From: an uncultured Chroococcidiopsis sp.
GTDB lineage: Bacteria; Cyanobacteriota; Cyanobacteriia; Cyanobacteriales; Chroococcidiopsidaceae
Direction of reading: 5' to 3'
NCBI GenBank assembly: GCA_964248365.1
Contig: CAXTYC010000036.1
Location: 1-52,749 of the forward strand
Length of the DNA: 52,749 nucleotides
Below are positions 10,091 to 20,647 of this stretch, piece after piece (positions within the stretch are counted from its first letter, which is position 1; each line of letters starts with the position of its first letter). Made by a program: the position numbers and the translations under genes. The notes beneath the pieces were generated by a model. It saw nothing but the letters and a program-made list of their open reading frames with translations. It was not told the DNA's origin and searched no databases.

Positions 10091-11401
10091 ATGACGAGTG
10101 AACTGCTACAACAAGTCCGGGTAATAGATCCGGTTTCTGAAACTGATCGCCAGCCGTTAGATGTTTTGATTACTGATGGTGTGGTTAAAGCTGTACAAGA
10201 GAGAATTTGTGACTACCCAATTGACACCGAAATCAAAGATTGTCGAGGACTGGTATTAGGTTCAGGGCTAGTGGATTTATATAGCCATTCTGGAGAGCCA
10301 GGGTTTGAAGAGCGGGAAACACTAGTTTCGCTCTTGGCAGCAGCAGGGGCTGGAGGATTTACCAGGCTGAACATTTTGCCGGATACCATGCCTCCTTTGG
10401 ATAATCCAGCTAGTTTGGCAAGCCTACTTCAGAAGAAATGGGGAGATGAGGCAATGGGGAAATGGGGAGAATTATCCCCTCACCCAGTCACCCCCTCACC
10501 CCCTCATCTAGGTTTCTGGGGTGCGCTGACTGTGGGAGGAAAGGGGCAGCAAATGACAGAATTAGCAGAGTTAGCGGCTACCCCAGGTTTGATCGGCTTT
10601 GCTGATGGTCAGCCTTTGGAAAATTTGGCGCTACTGCGACGGGTGTTGGAATACCTCAAGCCTTTAGGAAAGCAGATCGCGCTTTATCCTTGTAGCCGCC
10701 AGCTAGTGGGAAATGGCGTTATGCGAGAAGGTTCTTACTCTGTGCAGTTTGGCTTGCCTGGAAATCCCGCGATCGCTGAAACAACTGCCTTATCAGCCAT
10801 CCTCGAATTAGTCGCAGCGATTGGCACGACCGTCCACATTATGCGCGTTTCTACGGCTCGCAGTGTCCAGCTAATTCAATTGGCAAAGGCACAAGGTCTA
10901 CCAATTACGGCAAGCACAACCTGGATGCATTTACTACTTGACACCAAAGCAGTAAGCAGCTATAATCCAGCATTACGACTGGAACCGCCTTTAGGAAACC
11001 GAGCGGATGTAGCAGCACTACGGCAAGGAGTACGGGCAGGAGTAATAGATGCGATCGCCATCGATCACACTCCCTACACCTACGAAGAAAAAACCGTTGC
11101 TTTTGCGGAAGCTCCTGCGGGAGCCATTGGTTTAGAGCTAGCTTTGCCGCTTTTGTGGCAGCATTTGGTAGAAACGGGCGAATTTTCAGCATTGGAACTT
11201 TGGCGCACTCTGAGTACCCGCCCAGTCCAATGTTTACAACATACTTGTGGTGCGATCGCACCACAAGAGCCAGCAGAACTTACCCTATTTGACCCCCAGC
11301 AAGCTTGGATAGTCGAAAGGCAAACTCTTAAATCCCGCTCTCACAACACCCCTTGGCTGGGACAACAAATACTAGGTCGTGTCGTCAAAACCTGGCTATA
11401 A
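10091..11401 (+). CDS. dihydroorotase-like protein with degenerate metal ligands (PyrC'-like)
   Basis: Amidohydrolase fold (GEPGFEERET, AGGFT, PPL, IAIDHTP, NTPWLG) but DLYSH, ALYP and HIMR replace the usual His ligands. Confidence 0.85.
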   Translation: MTSELLQQVRVIDPVSETDRQPLDVLITDGVVKAVQERICDYPIDTEIKDCRGLVLGSGLVDLYSHSGEPGFEERETLVSLLAAAGAGGFTRLNILPDTMPPLDNPASLASLLQKKWGDEAMGKWGELSPHPVTPSPPHLGFWGALTVGGKGQQMTELAELAATPGLIGFADGQPLENLALLRRVLEYLKPLGKQIALYPCSRQLVGNGVMREGSYSVQFGLPGNPAIAETTALSAILELVAAIGTTVHIMRVSTARSVQLIQLAKAQGLPITASTTWMHLLLDTKAVSSYNPALRLEPPLGNRADVAALRQGVRAGVIDAIAIDHTPYTYEEKTVAFAEAPAGAIGLELALPLLWQHLVETGEFSALELWRTLSTRPVQCLQHTCGAIAPQEPAELTLFDPQQAWIVERQTLKSRSHNTPWLGQQILGRVVKTWL

Positions 11402-11471
11402 CGATTTTGGAGCCTTGAATTTTAGATTTTGGATTGAATTTGCTCCTGTAACCCCTCTTCCTCTAGCCCCT

Positions 11472-12050
11472 CTAATTGAGTTCTCCAATTCGATTGGGAG
11501 GCCAGAAACGAACAACTGCTCGACCGATGATATTTTCACGCGGTACAAAGCCCCAAAAATGGCTGTCGTAGCTGTTATTACGGTTATCACCCAGCACTAG
11601 GTAAGAATCCGCAGGCACTGTAACAGGACCAAATTGGTAATGAGGCGGAGCTTCAATATACTTTTCCTGCAAGGGTTGATCGTTGATATAAACTCGCTCC
11701 CCCTTAACTTCCACCTTATCCCCAGGCAACCCAATGATGCGTTTGATAAAAGCATCTTTGAGATTAGGATTTTCCTTTTTAATATTTTCTGTGGGCGAAA
11801 ATACCACGATCTCTCCCCGTTGAGGGTTAGTAAAGTGATAACTTAACTTATCTACAATCAACTTGTCATACTTCTGTAGCGTAGGAACCATTGATTCAGA
11901 AGGAATCCAGCGAGCTTCGGCAACAAAGGTACGAATGCCCAAAGCCAAAACTATACTTAGTCCAATCGTCCTTGTTAGCTCCCCTAACCAGGAGCCTTCG
12001 TTTTCTTGGGGAGGATTGCGATCGCTTCCTTGATTTTGCAAACCAGACAT
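11472..12050 (-). CDS. lepB: signal peptidase I
   Basis: [10 protein letters not shown] (Ser), [11 protein letters not shown] (Lys), [10 protein letters not shown]. Confidence 0.96.
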   Translation of the reverse strand: MSGLQNQGSDRNPPQENEGSWLGELTRTIGLSIVLALGIRTFVAEARWIPSESMVPTLQKYDKLIVDKLSYHFTNPQRGEIVVFSPTENIKKENPNLKDAFIKRIIGLPGDKVEVKGERVYINDQPLQEKYIEAPPHYQFGPVTVPADSYLVLGDNRNNSYDSHFWGFVPRENIIGRAVVRFWPPNRIGELN

Positions 12051-12259
12051 AGATTTTGAATTACTTAATTAAAAGAAAAATGCAGGTTAATCAGCTAACC
12101 AGTTTAAAAAACTCTACTTGCTAATCTTAACTATAGAAATTGTATTCTTCGTTAAGTTGGGCTTGTAACATCTATTCAGAGGACACAGGAGACAGGAGTC
12201 AGGAGTCAGTAGTCAGTAGTCAGAAGTTGTGGAGACAGAATATTTATTTCCTTATTTCC

Positions 12260-12337
12260 CCTTGTCACCTTGTCACCTTGTCACGCCACTTTGCCCCTGC
12301 GGGGGGAACCCCCGCACGCAAGTGGCTCCCCTTGTCC
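12260..12337. repeat. small dispersed hairpin repeat nested in a CCTTGTCA octamer array
   Basis: (CCTTGTCA)x3, then GCCACTT...TGCGGGGG-GAA-CCCCCGCA...AAGTGGC, then CCTTGTCC. Confidence 0.7.
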
Positions 12338-12387
12338 TCTCCTAACCTCTAGCCCCTAGCTATAGCGCCTCTAGTCCCTCACTTACT

Positions 12388-13713
12388 ATGTCACATACTC
12401 CGGTTTTACTCATTCGCAATGCTCGCATTCTCTTACCCAATGGTAACTTTTTAGTAGGAGATGTACTTTCGCGCGATCGCCAAATTGTCCAAGTAGCCCC
12501 TGACATACCTTATCCCACTGATGCACAGGTAAGAGAAATTGACGCTACAGGTTTAACTTTGTTGCCTGGAGTAATTGATCCACAAGTACATTTTCGGGAA
12601 CCTGGATTAGAACATAAAGAAGATTTGTTCACAGCTAGCTGTGCTTGTGCTAAAGGTGGGGTGACTTCATTCTTAGAAATGCCCAATACTCGTCCCCTCA
12701 CAACTACTCAACAAGCACTAGATGACAAGCTACAACGAGCATCTCAAAAATGCTTGGTTAATTATGGCTTTTTTATTGGGGCAACGGCGGAAAATCTGCC
12801 CGATTTACTCACAGCCCATCCCACACCAGGAATTAAGATTTTTATGGGTTCGATGCATGGTGCTTTGCTAGTGGATCAAGAAGAGTTACTAGAGTCTATT
12901 TTTGCCAATGGTAAGCGCTTAATTGCTGTTCATGCCGAAGATCAAACCCGTATCCAACAACGGCGACAAGAATTTGCTGGTATTCACGATCCAGCCATTC
13001 ATTCCCAAATTCAAGATAATACTGCTGCACTGTTGGCAACCCAGTTAGCCCTTAAACTGTCTAAAAAATACCAGCGTCGCTTACATATCCTGCATATGTC
13101 AACAGCCGAAGAAGCTGACTTGCTACGTCAGGATAAGCCCCTTTGGGTGACGGCTGAGGTGACACCCCAGCATTTGTTATTAAATACCAGTGCCTATGAA
13201 AAGATTGGCACGTTGGCGCAGATGAATCCGCCATTGCGATCGCCTCACGATAATCAAGTCTTGATGAAAGCTTTGCTAGATGGCGTAATTGATTTTATTG
13301 CTACAGATCACGCTCCTCACACTTTACAAGAAAAAGCCCAAGAATACCCAAATACACCTTCTGGTATGCCTGGGGTGGAAACGGCATTACCTTTGATGCT
13401 GACTGAGGCGATTGCCGGACATTGCACAGTTGCTCAAGTATCTCATTGGATGTCAACGGCTGTAGCTCAGGCTTATGGTATTCCTAAAAAGGGCGCGATC
13501 GCTCCTGGGTATGATGCTGATTTAGTTTTGGTAGATTTGAACTCCTACCGCATGGTATTGCGCGAGGAACTATTAACCAAATGCGGCTGGAGTCCGTTTG
13601 AAGGCTGGAATTTAACTGGTTGGGCTGTAATGACTATTGTCGGTGGTCAGGTTGTTTACGACAGGGGAAAATTGAACACCGAAGTACGCGGACAAGCATT
13701 AACATTTGATTAA
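12388..13713 (+). CDS. pyrC: dihydroorotase
   Basis: DPQVHFREPG, EMPNT, KIFMG, VHAED, HILHMST, MNPPLR, ATDHAPH. Confidence 0.88.
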   Translation: MSHTPVLLIRNARILLPNGNFLVGDVLSRDRQIVQVAPDIPYPTDAQVREIDATGLTLLPGVIDPQVHFREPGLEHKEDLFTASCACAKGGVTSFLEMPNTRPLTTTQQALDDKLQRASQKCLVNYGFFIGATAENLPDLLTAHPTPGIKIFMGSMHGALLVDQEELLESIFANGKRLIAVHAEDQTRIQQRRQEFAGIHDPAIHSQIQDNTAALLATQLALKLSKKYQRRLHILHMSTAEEADLLRQDKPLWVTAEVTPQHLLLNTSAYEKIGTLAQMNPPLRSPHDNQVLMKALLDGVIDFIATDHAPHTLQEKAQEYPNTPSGMPGVETALPLMLTEAIAGHCTVAQVSHWMSTAVAQAYGIPKKGAIAPGYDADLVLVDLNSYRMVLREELLTKCGWSPFEGWNLTGWAVMTIVGGQVVYDRGKLNTEVRGQALTFD

Positions 13714-13736
13714 AAAGGCAACCAGTGAGGAATTTG

Positions 13737-13765
13737 GTACAGACTTAGCACTGCTACGTCTGTAC
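13737..13765. repeat. REP-like palindrome, possible terminator after pyrC
   Basis: GTACAGAC-TTAGCACTGCTAC-GTCTGTAC. Confidence 0.7.
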
Positions 13766-14110
13766 TTTTCGTATTTATACTGATAAATTTAGATTTTTTC
13801 TTAGCGTTGTAAAACTCTCTCCGTAAATTTACGGTGACGCAAAAAATAATTTTATGATTTTGTAATACTTAATAAGTTGACATTAATATTTATTTGTATA
13901 TCAACTTTTGGGCAGTTAATCTATTAGTTGTCTGCACATCTTTGAAAAACTGGGATCGTAGGGTGTGAATTGATCCCAGTAAGAGGATTTCCAAGATAAT
14001 TTGAGTTTTAATGCTAGCTAGCAGCTTGTATGCTACTGCTTTGCCGCTGAAACGACGGGAGTCTGGGAGCCTGTAATTTAAAGCATTTTAGGGCTAGCAA
14101 AAGTGAAGCC

Positions 14111-17100
14111 ATGACACTGCGCCAAAAAACACTGCTAATAATTGGAGTAACTCTTGTAATTCTGATTGGGCTTATATACACTACAGGGGCAACAATCTTG
14201 CTGCGTGATTTTTCCCAATTTGAGCAACGAGAAACCCATGAGCATATTAAACGAGTTCAGTCAGCTTTGTCTGATGAAATTGACTCTTTAAATCAACTAA
14301 ATCGTAACTGGGCTGGCTGGGGCGAAACTTATGAATTTATTGAGAAATCAAACAATAGATACATTAAAAATCATCTCAATAATGTTAATTTTTCTATTTT
14401 TAATCTTCACCTCATAATATACATTCAATCGTCTGGGAAAATTGTATTTGCCAGTTCTGAAAGGGGCGATCGCAAAAGCATACTAATTCATCATAAATTA
14501 AAGCAAGATTTTTCTAGTCAAAATTTTTGGACTCACTTCAATAGAAATACTTCCCTAAAAGGGATAATTTTTCTAGCCCAAAAGCCTATATTAATAGCCT
14601 CAAGTCCTATCCTGAAAAATGATGGCAGTGGTAAAAATCTAGGAACGTTAATTATGGGTCGCTACCTCGACGCTGCTGCTATCAAGCGGTTGGGTGAACG
14701 AACACATTTGTCTATTACTATGTATGCGGTTAATGATGAGAAAACGGCTGCCGAATTGGGTACGGTGCGTTCTGCGTTACTGAGAGGAAAATCAACTCTA
14801 GTACGCCCACTGAATAAACAGACAATCGCAGGATATACCCTGCTCAAAGACATTTATGGGAAACCTGCACTGATTTTGCGCGTAGCTATCCCCAGAAATA
14901 TCTATCAACAAGGTGGGGCTAGTATTCGCTATCTTATCTTGTCTGTGCTGATAGTTGGTTTAGTATTTGGCGTAGTTACTCTATTGCTGTTAGAGAAATT
15001 ATTTTTATCTCGACTATTGCATCTCACAAATCATTTGCATAGCATTAGCAATAGTAGGGATTTTTCGGCACAGTTACTGCCAAATACTGGAAAAGATGAA
15101 TTATTCCAATTAGCTGATACTATCAATATTATCCTGGCAGCATTGATAAATTCACAAAATCAGCAAAAAGAGAGGGAAGAACGTTACTACAAATACAGCC
15201 GAGTACTGGCACAGTTGACCAAGAGCCAAACCTGGGATAGCAGTGATTTAAATGCTGGTTTTCGGGAAATTATAGAGACTGCGGCTTGTACTCTTGAGGT
15301 TGAGCGAGTCAGTGTGTGGTTATATGATGGCCAAAAGTCAAAAATGCAGTGCGTCGATTTATATCAACGAAGTACTGGTCAACATTCAGCGGGTATGGAG
15401 TTGCTAGTAGCAGATTATCCTGCTTATTTCCAAGCATTAGAACAAGAGCGTACGCTCGCAACAGAAAATGTTAGCATCGACCCGATAACCAAGGAAATGT
15501 CAGAGCGCTATCTTTACCAATTCGATATCAAATCGATGTTGAGTGCATCGATTTGTCTAAATGGAAAGATAGTAGGGATGTTGTGTCATAGTCATGTAGG
15601 ATCTAACCGCCAATGGTTGTTAGAAGAACAAAATTTTGTCGGTTCATTAGCGGGTTTAGTAGCCTTGCTAATGGAAGCATCTGAGCGTAAGCGATCGCAA
15701 GTTGCTCTACAAAAAGCGTACGAGGAACTAGAAACACGAATTAGAGAACGTACTGGCGACCTGGCAAAAGCTAACGAACAATTGCAGGCACAAATTATCG
15801 AACGCCATATCGCAGAGGAAAAACTACTCTACGAGGCTTTTCATGATGCCTTAACTGGCTTACCCAATCGAGCTTTGTTTATGCAGCGGCTAGAAAGTGC
15901 GCATGAAAAGGCGAAACAAGCGGATTATTTGTTAGCAGTCCTCTTTTTGGATCTAGATCGCTTTAAGATTGTAAATGATAGCCTGGGACATTTGGTTGGA
16001 GATCAACTTTTAATAGCGATCGCTCGTCGGCTACAAACCTGTTTACGTCCAGGTGATTTAGTAGCTAGGTTGGGGGGAGATGAGTTCACCATTTTGCTGG
16101 AGAATATCAAAGATTTCAGTGACGCAACAAAGGTTGCCGAACGCATTCAACAGGAACTAACGAAGCCATTTTACCTCAATGGACACGAAGTATTTACCGC
16201 TGCTAGTATTGGCATCGCCTTAAATGATACAGTGGGCGATCGCCCAGAAGACTTGCTGCGTGATGCTGACGTGACTATGTACCGAGCAAAATCCTTGGGT
16301 AAGGCGCGATATGAAGTATTCGATTCTTCCATGCATACCCAAGCTATGACACGGTTGCAGCTAGAGAATGACCTACAAAGAGCAATCAAACGTGAGGAAT
16401 TTCGGATAGAGTACCAACCGATTGTGTCACTCAACAACGGTATGATTTATGGTTTTGAGGCGTTGGTACGTTGGCAACATCCTCTCCGAGGAAGAGTTGC
16501 GCCTACAGAATTTATTCCAGTAGTAGAAGAAACGGGCTTGATTGTGCCAATTGGCTGGTGGGTTTTACGCAAAGCTTGTATTCAAACGCGCAAATGGCAA
16601 CAAAATTTAGTTACAACCGTACCATTGACCATTAGTGTGAATTTTTCTGCCAAACAATTTTCTCAACCAAATTTAGTTGAGCAGATAGAGCAAATTCTGC
16701 AAGAAACTGGTTTAGAAGCAAACTGTTTGCAGCTAGAAATCACCGAAAGTGTCATCATTGACAACCCTACAGCTGTAGCTGCTATACTCTTGCAATTAAA
16801 AAAGCTAGGTGTTCGGCTGTACATTGATGACTTTGGTACAGGCTATTCATCCTTGAGTTATCTGCACCGCTTTCCAGTTAATGGCTTGAAGATTGACTAC
16901 ACTTTTGTTAGCAACATAGGTGTTGAGAATGAAAACACAGAACTTGTACGCACAATAGCAACAATGGCTCACAATCTGAAATTGAATGTAGTTGCAGAAG
17001 GAATAGAAACATCTGAGCAATTAGCTCAACTGAGGGCGCTGCAATGCGAATATGGTCAGGGATATTTTTTCTCTCCTCCCTTGCATCCCAAAGCCGCAGC

Positions 17101-17137
17101 AGCCTTAATTACAAAACTAGAGCATACTTCCTTCTAG
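14111..17137 (+). CDS. membrane-bound CHASE4-HAMP-GAF-GGDEF-EAL diguanylate cyclase/phosphodiesterase
   Basis: Two TM helices flanking a WAGWGETY CHASE4-type region; GAF; HDALTGLPNR; RPGD I-site and RLGGDEF; FEALVRW and IDDFGTGYSSL. Confidence 0.95.
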   Translation: MTLRQKTLLIIGVTLVILIGLIYTTGATILLRDFSQFEQRETHEHIKRVQSALSDEIDSLNQLNRNWAGWGETYEFIEKSNNRYIKNHLNNVNFSIFNLHLIIYIQSSGKIVFASSERGDRKSILIHHKLKQDFSSQNFWTHFNRNTSLKGIIFLAQKPILIASSPILKNDGSGKNLGTLIMGRYLDAAAIKRLGERTHLSITMYAVNDEKTAAELGTVRSALLRGKSTLVRPLNKQTIAGYTLLKDIYGKPALILRVAIPRNIYQQGGASIRYLILSVLIVGLVFGVVTLLLLEKLFLSRLLHLTNHLHSISNSRDFSAQLLPNTGKDELFQLADTINIILAALINSQNQQKEREERYYKYSRVLAQLTKSQTWDSSDLNAGFREIIETAACTLEVERVSVWLYDGQKSKMQCVDLYQRSTGQHSAGMELLVADYPAYFQALEQERTLATENVSIDPITKEMSERYLYQFDIKSMLSASICLNGKIVGMLCHSHVGSNRQWLLEEQNFVGSLAGLVALLMEASERKRSQVALQKAYEELETRIRERTGDLAKANEQLQAQIIERHIAEEKLLYEAFHDALTGLPNRALFMQRLESAHEKAKQADYLLAVLFLDLDRFKIVNDSLGHLVGDQLLIAIARRLQTCLRPGDLVARLGGDEFTILLENIKDFSDATKVAERIQQELTKPFYLNGHEVFTAASIGIALNDTVGDRPEDLLRDADVTMYRAKSLGKARYEVFDSSMHTQAMTRLQLENDLQRAIKREEFRIEYQPIVSLNNGMIYGFEALVRWQHPLRGRVAPTEFIPVVEETGLIVPIGWWVLRKACIQTRKWQQNLVTTVPLTISVNFSAKQFSQPNLVEQIEQILQETGLEANCLQLEITESVIIDNPTAVAAILLQLKKLGVRLYIDDFGTGYSSLSYLHRFPVNGLKIDYTFVSNIGVENENTELVRTIATMAHNLKLNVVAEGIETSEQLAQLRALQCEYGQGYFFSPPLHPKAAAALITKLEHTSF

Positions 17138-17307
17138 CTTAAAAATTACTGACGTGTATGTATATTTACGGAAACAGCCTACATTCACGGGTGATCTTTC
17201 GGTCGAAAGAAAGTAAAATCGAGCAAAGAGCGATCGCCAATCACAGAGAAATCGGCAAGTGAACCTATTTGATATAAATAAAATGTTTGTATTCTCAGAT
17301 CGACCGC

Positions 17308-17643
17308 ATGAAAACTATCATTGTGATATTAGCGACTTTGCTTATCACCAGCACATCCGCTTTTGCCGCCCAACCTGACAATCAAGTTGCACCTACTGTG
17401 TCTCGTCTTACCATCAGTGAACGCTGCGAACAGTTACAAATAAACTGTACTAAGTCAAATCAATTAGATTTAGGACGTAGGCTAGAGCCATTATATGTCA
17501 GCCGACACAACGAAAAACCACCTCAACAACGCGGTGTCAACATTTACACTACCAGTGACATTGACCTGATTGACCAAGCAATAATTAATCAGTTAGCATC
17601 CCAAAACGAAAAGCTACGCCAAGAATTGCACTCACAAAAGTAG
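17308..17643 (+). CDS. hypothetical secreted protein
   Basis: MKTIIVILATLLITSTSAFA signal peptide from ATG 17308. Confidence 0.7.
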   Translation: MKTIIVILATLLITSTSAFAAQPDNQVAPTVSRLTISERCEQLQINCTKSNQLDLGRRLEPLYVSRHNEKPPQQRGVNIYTTSDIDLIDQAIINQLASQNEKLRQELHSQK

Positions 17644-17711
17644 CAACCAACGCCTACGAAAAGGACAAAAATAGCGTTGCATTTACTAGTTTTCACAGCG
17701 ATACCTGAAAA

Positions 17712-18209
17712 CTAGGGAAAAGCTTGGGAAAGCTCATTTAATAAGTAGTCTATTTGAAAATTACCCATCGGAAAAAGCTCTACAATCCGAGCGCGATCGC
17801 CCACATAACTCAAACGTATTTGTAAATAACCAGGTGGGAGGTACTCTAATCTATCTGCCCACTCAATCGCCATAATTCCCAATACAAACTCTATGCCTTC
17901 CCAATAAGTTTCTAAATGTAACGCTGCAACTTCTTGTGGTTGCAAGCGATATAAATCTATATGATATAAAGGAAGGCGACCTTCTGTATATTCATTAATT
18001 AGGGTGAAGGTGGGACTAACAATGGGTTCAGTTATACCTAACCCCCATCCAATGCCTTGCACTAGAGTTGTTTTACCGCTACCTAAATCACCTTCTAAGA
18101 AAATTACACTGCCAGCGCCCAGAGTTCTGCCCAAACTTATACCAAGCGATCGCGTTTGCTCTACACCCACCAAAGAAAACTTAATACACTCCCCCTGCTC
18201 CCCCTGCAT
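17712..18209 (-). CDS. tsaE: tRNA t6A biosynthesis ATPase TsaE
   Basis: LEGDLGSGKTT, SPTFTL, HIDLYRL, IEW motifs; exact start uncertain because it lies in a repeat. Confidence 0.95.
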   Translation of the reverse strand: MQGEQGECIKFSLVGVEQTRSLGISLGRTLGAGSVIFLEGDLGSGKTTLVQGIGWGLGITEPIVSPTFTLINEYTEGRLPLYHIDLYRLQPQEVAALHLETYWEGIEFVLGIMAIEWADRLEYLPPGYLQIRLSYVGDRARIVELFPMGNFQIDYLLNELSQAFP

Positions 18210-18229
18210 CCTCTGCTCCCCCTGCTCTC

Positions 18230-19630
18230 TTAAGCGCCCCTAGAATACGCCTTTTGCGCTCGACCATACCATCGCAACAGCACTCCAGCCAACCGTGCGG
18301 AATCATGGCGTACCAAACCCTGTTCATCCTCATCCATCACATTAGCCATAATAATTCGCCGCTTTAGCAACGCTACATCTTCCCGATCGAGAAAGACAGG
18401 ATGGGAATTTTCCTGAGCATAGCGAATTTGGCTTTTATGAGAGGGTTGTTGCTTTTGTACCAAAACCGCACTAAATAATTGTTGCCCACAAGCAGCATCA
18501 ATTGCTCGAATATGGTCAGCAACAGTATAACCCTGAGTTTCTCCTGGTTGAGTCATGATGTTACAGACGTAAATACAAGGTATAGCGGGGCTTTCCCTAC
18601 CTTGAGACCGTTTGGCGATCGCCCTCGCAATTTCTGGGACTAGCAAATTTGGAATCACACTGGTATACAAACTGCCAGGACCTATGATAATATAATCAGC
18701 TTCCTCAATTGCTTGTATCACTCTGGGTAAAGCGGGTGGATTGGTAGGAATACAGCCAATTCTGGCAATACTGCCCCCAGCTTTAGTGATCTTCGATTCG
18801 CCTTCAATCCGACGACCGTCGGCTAATTCTGCCCATAGACGCACATCACACAGAGTTGCTGGTAGTACCTGACCTCGGACGGCTAACACATTAGAACTAG
18901 CGGCGATCGCCTGTTCTAAATCTCCAGTAACTTCACTCATCGCCGTCAGGAATAGATTACCAAAACTGTGACCTGTCAATCCATCCCCTGCCTTAAACCG
19001 ATATTGAAACAGTTCTGTTAACAGCTTCTCCTCGGAAGCTAATGCCGCTAAACAATTGCGAATATCTCCAGGCGGCAGAACACCAATTTCTCGCCGCAAG
19101 CGCCCCGAAGACCCCCCATCATCTGCTACGGTAACTATAGCCGTAATATTGGCACTGTATGCCTTCAGCCCTCTTAACAAAGTTGATAAACCTGTACCGC
19201 CGCCTATGGCTACAATTTTAGGTCCCCGATTTAAGCGGCGATAATTCAACAGCACATCAATCAGTTCCTCATCTCCATCCGACCTGAACACCTGGGTAAT
19301 TGAATCTACTGTTCGGCTTTGCCCCCAGAAAATCAATAGCAAACCGCCTAATAGCACTAAAGGACCACTGATATAGCTAGGTACGACCGTTGCGATCGTG
19401 CTTAGAAGTTCTTGAATTAACACAGTTGCATAAAAAATTGGTGTCAGCTTACTCCAAATTGCTAAACCCAAACAAGTCAGCAGTACACCACTAGCACTTA
19501 TAAGTACCCAACGTTTTACCGATAAACCAGGAGATAACCACTTAAACCATTGATTCACTCGGTAGCGAGTGCGAGTATGTGGCTCCTGCCTGAGATTTTT
19601 TAGGGCTTGTTTTATAGAACTGATTGGCAT
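18230..19630 (-). CDS. yvcK: YvcK/UPF0052 (gluconeogenesis factor, UDP-GlcNAc-binding) protein with N-terminal TM helices
   Basis: [46 protein letters not shown]. Confidence 0.93.
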   Translation of the reverse strand: MPISSIKQALKNLRQEPHTRTRYRVNQWFKWLSPGLSVKRWVLISASGVLLTCLGLAIWSKLTPIFYATVLIQELLSTIATVVPSYISGPLVLLGGLLLIFWGQSRTVDSITQVFRSDGDEELIDVLLNYRRLNRGPKIVAIGGGTGLSTLLRGLKAYSANITAIVTVADDGGSSGRLRREIGVLPPGDIRNCLAALASEEKLLTELFQYRFKAGDGLTGHSFGNLFLTAMSEVTGDLEQAIAASSNVLAVRGQVLPATLCDVRLWAELADGRRIEGESKITKAGGSIARIGCIPTNPPALPRVIQAIEEADYIIIGPGSLYTSVIPNLLVPEIARAIAKRSQGRESPAIPCIYVCNIMTQPGETQGYTVADHIRAIDAACGQQLFSAVLVQKQQPSHKSQIRYAQENSHPVFLDREDVALLKRRIIMANVMDEDEQGLVRHDSARLAGVLLRWYGRAQKAYSRGA

Positions 19631-19844
19631 ATTTAATATGGGGCAGGGTGATATGAGACGTTATTGCTAAAAATAGCCCAACCTTCATTCGATCTGTGAT
19701 CGGCATCGGGATTAATCATTGGGTTTCATGGCTCCGCTATTTTTTTAACCCAATTCTATGAAAATGTATAACAGACCTTTGACCAAGTAAAAACTAACTT
19801 AATATGACGACCATAGGGAAAAATAGTAATGGTGTAAGGAAATA

Positions 19845-20381
19845 GTGAAAGGAGAAAGGCGAATTTTAGGACTAGACCCAGGATTAGCAATTTTGGGATT
19901 TGGGGCAATTTGCTGCCAAACGCAAGATGCGATCGCAAGTGGGACAAAAACTAAGTCTGCCATAACTAAAGACATTGTGGTAGTACCAGTACAGCTACTT
20001 GATTTTGGCGTAATTCAAACATCTGCTGACACTGAAATCGGCAAGCGGCTTTGCACAATTTACCAAGACTTGGACACCTTGCTAAAAGAATTACAGCCAG
20101 ACTTGGTAGCAATTGAAAAGCTGTTTTTTTACCGCATGGCTAGCACCATTACTGTGGCACAGGCAAGGGGCGTACTAATGCTTGTGTTAGCTCAGCACGG
20201 TCTTCCCTACGTTGAGTTTACACCTGCTCAGATCAAACAGGCGCTTACTGGTTGGGGCAATGCTGATAAGTACGAAGTGCAACAAGCAGTAGCGCGAGAG
20301 TTGAATTTAGACTATATTCCCAAGCCTGATGATGCAGCAGATGCCTTAGCAGTAGCGCTAACAGCATGGTTTCAAATTTAG
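19845..20381 (+). CDS. ruvC: Holliday junction resolvase RuvC
   Basis: [41 protein letters not shown]. Confidence 0.96.
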   Translation: MKGERRILGLDPGLAILGFGAICCQTQDAIASGTKTKSAITKDIVVVPVQLLDFGVIQTSADTEIGKRLCTIYQDLDTLLKELQPDLVAIEKLFFYRMASTITVAQARGVLMLVLAQHGLPYVEFTPAQIKQALTGWGNADKYEVQQAVARELNLDYIPKPDDAADALAVALTAWFQI

Positions 20382-20647
20382 GGGCGCTCTTGCCAGAGGA
20401 ACCAGAGGAACTAGAGGCGAGAGGCTAGGGGCTAGCCCAGCGCGTGAAAGCTGGGGGAGCTGGGGAAGGCTTGGGAAGTTACCTTTTACCTTTTCCCTTT
20501 TCCCTTTCACCTTTTCCCTTATCCCTTTCCCCTTTTTCTGCTTCCTCTCGCAAGAGCGCCCCTAATTTGTTGACAATCAATAAACTGTCTACTTGCCAAA
20601 ACACAAAAATTTTTGCTCGGTAAAATACTCTTATACAGATTATTCCT

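Noticed and set aside
13940..14110. c-di-GMP (GEMM) riboswitch upstream of the GGDEF-EAL gene
   Set aside because: The GGCAAA...GAAA...GACGCAAA consensus is not present.
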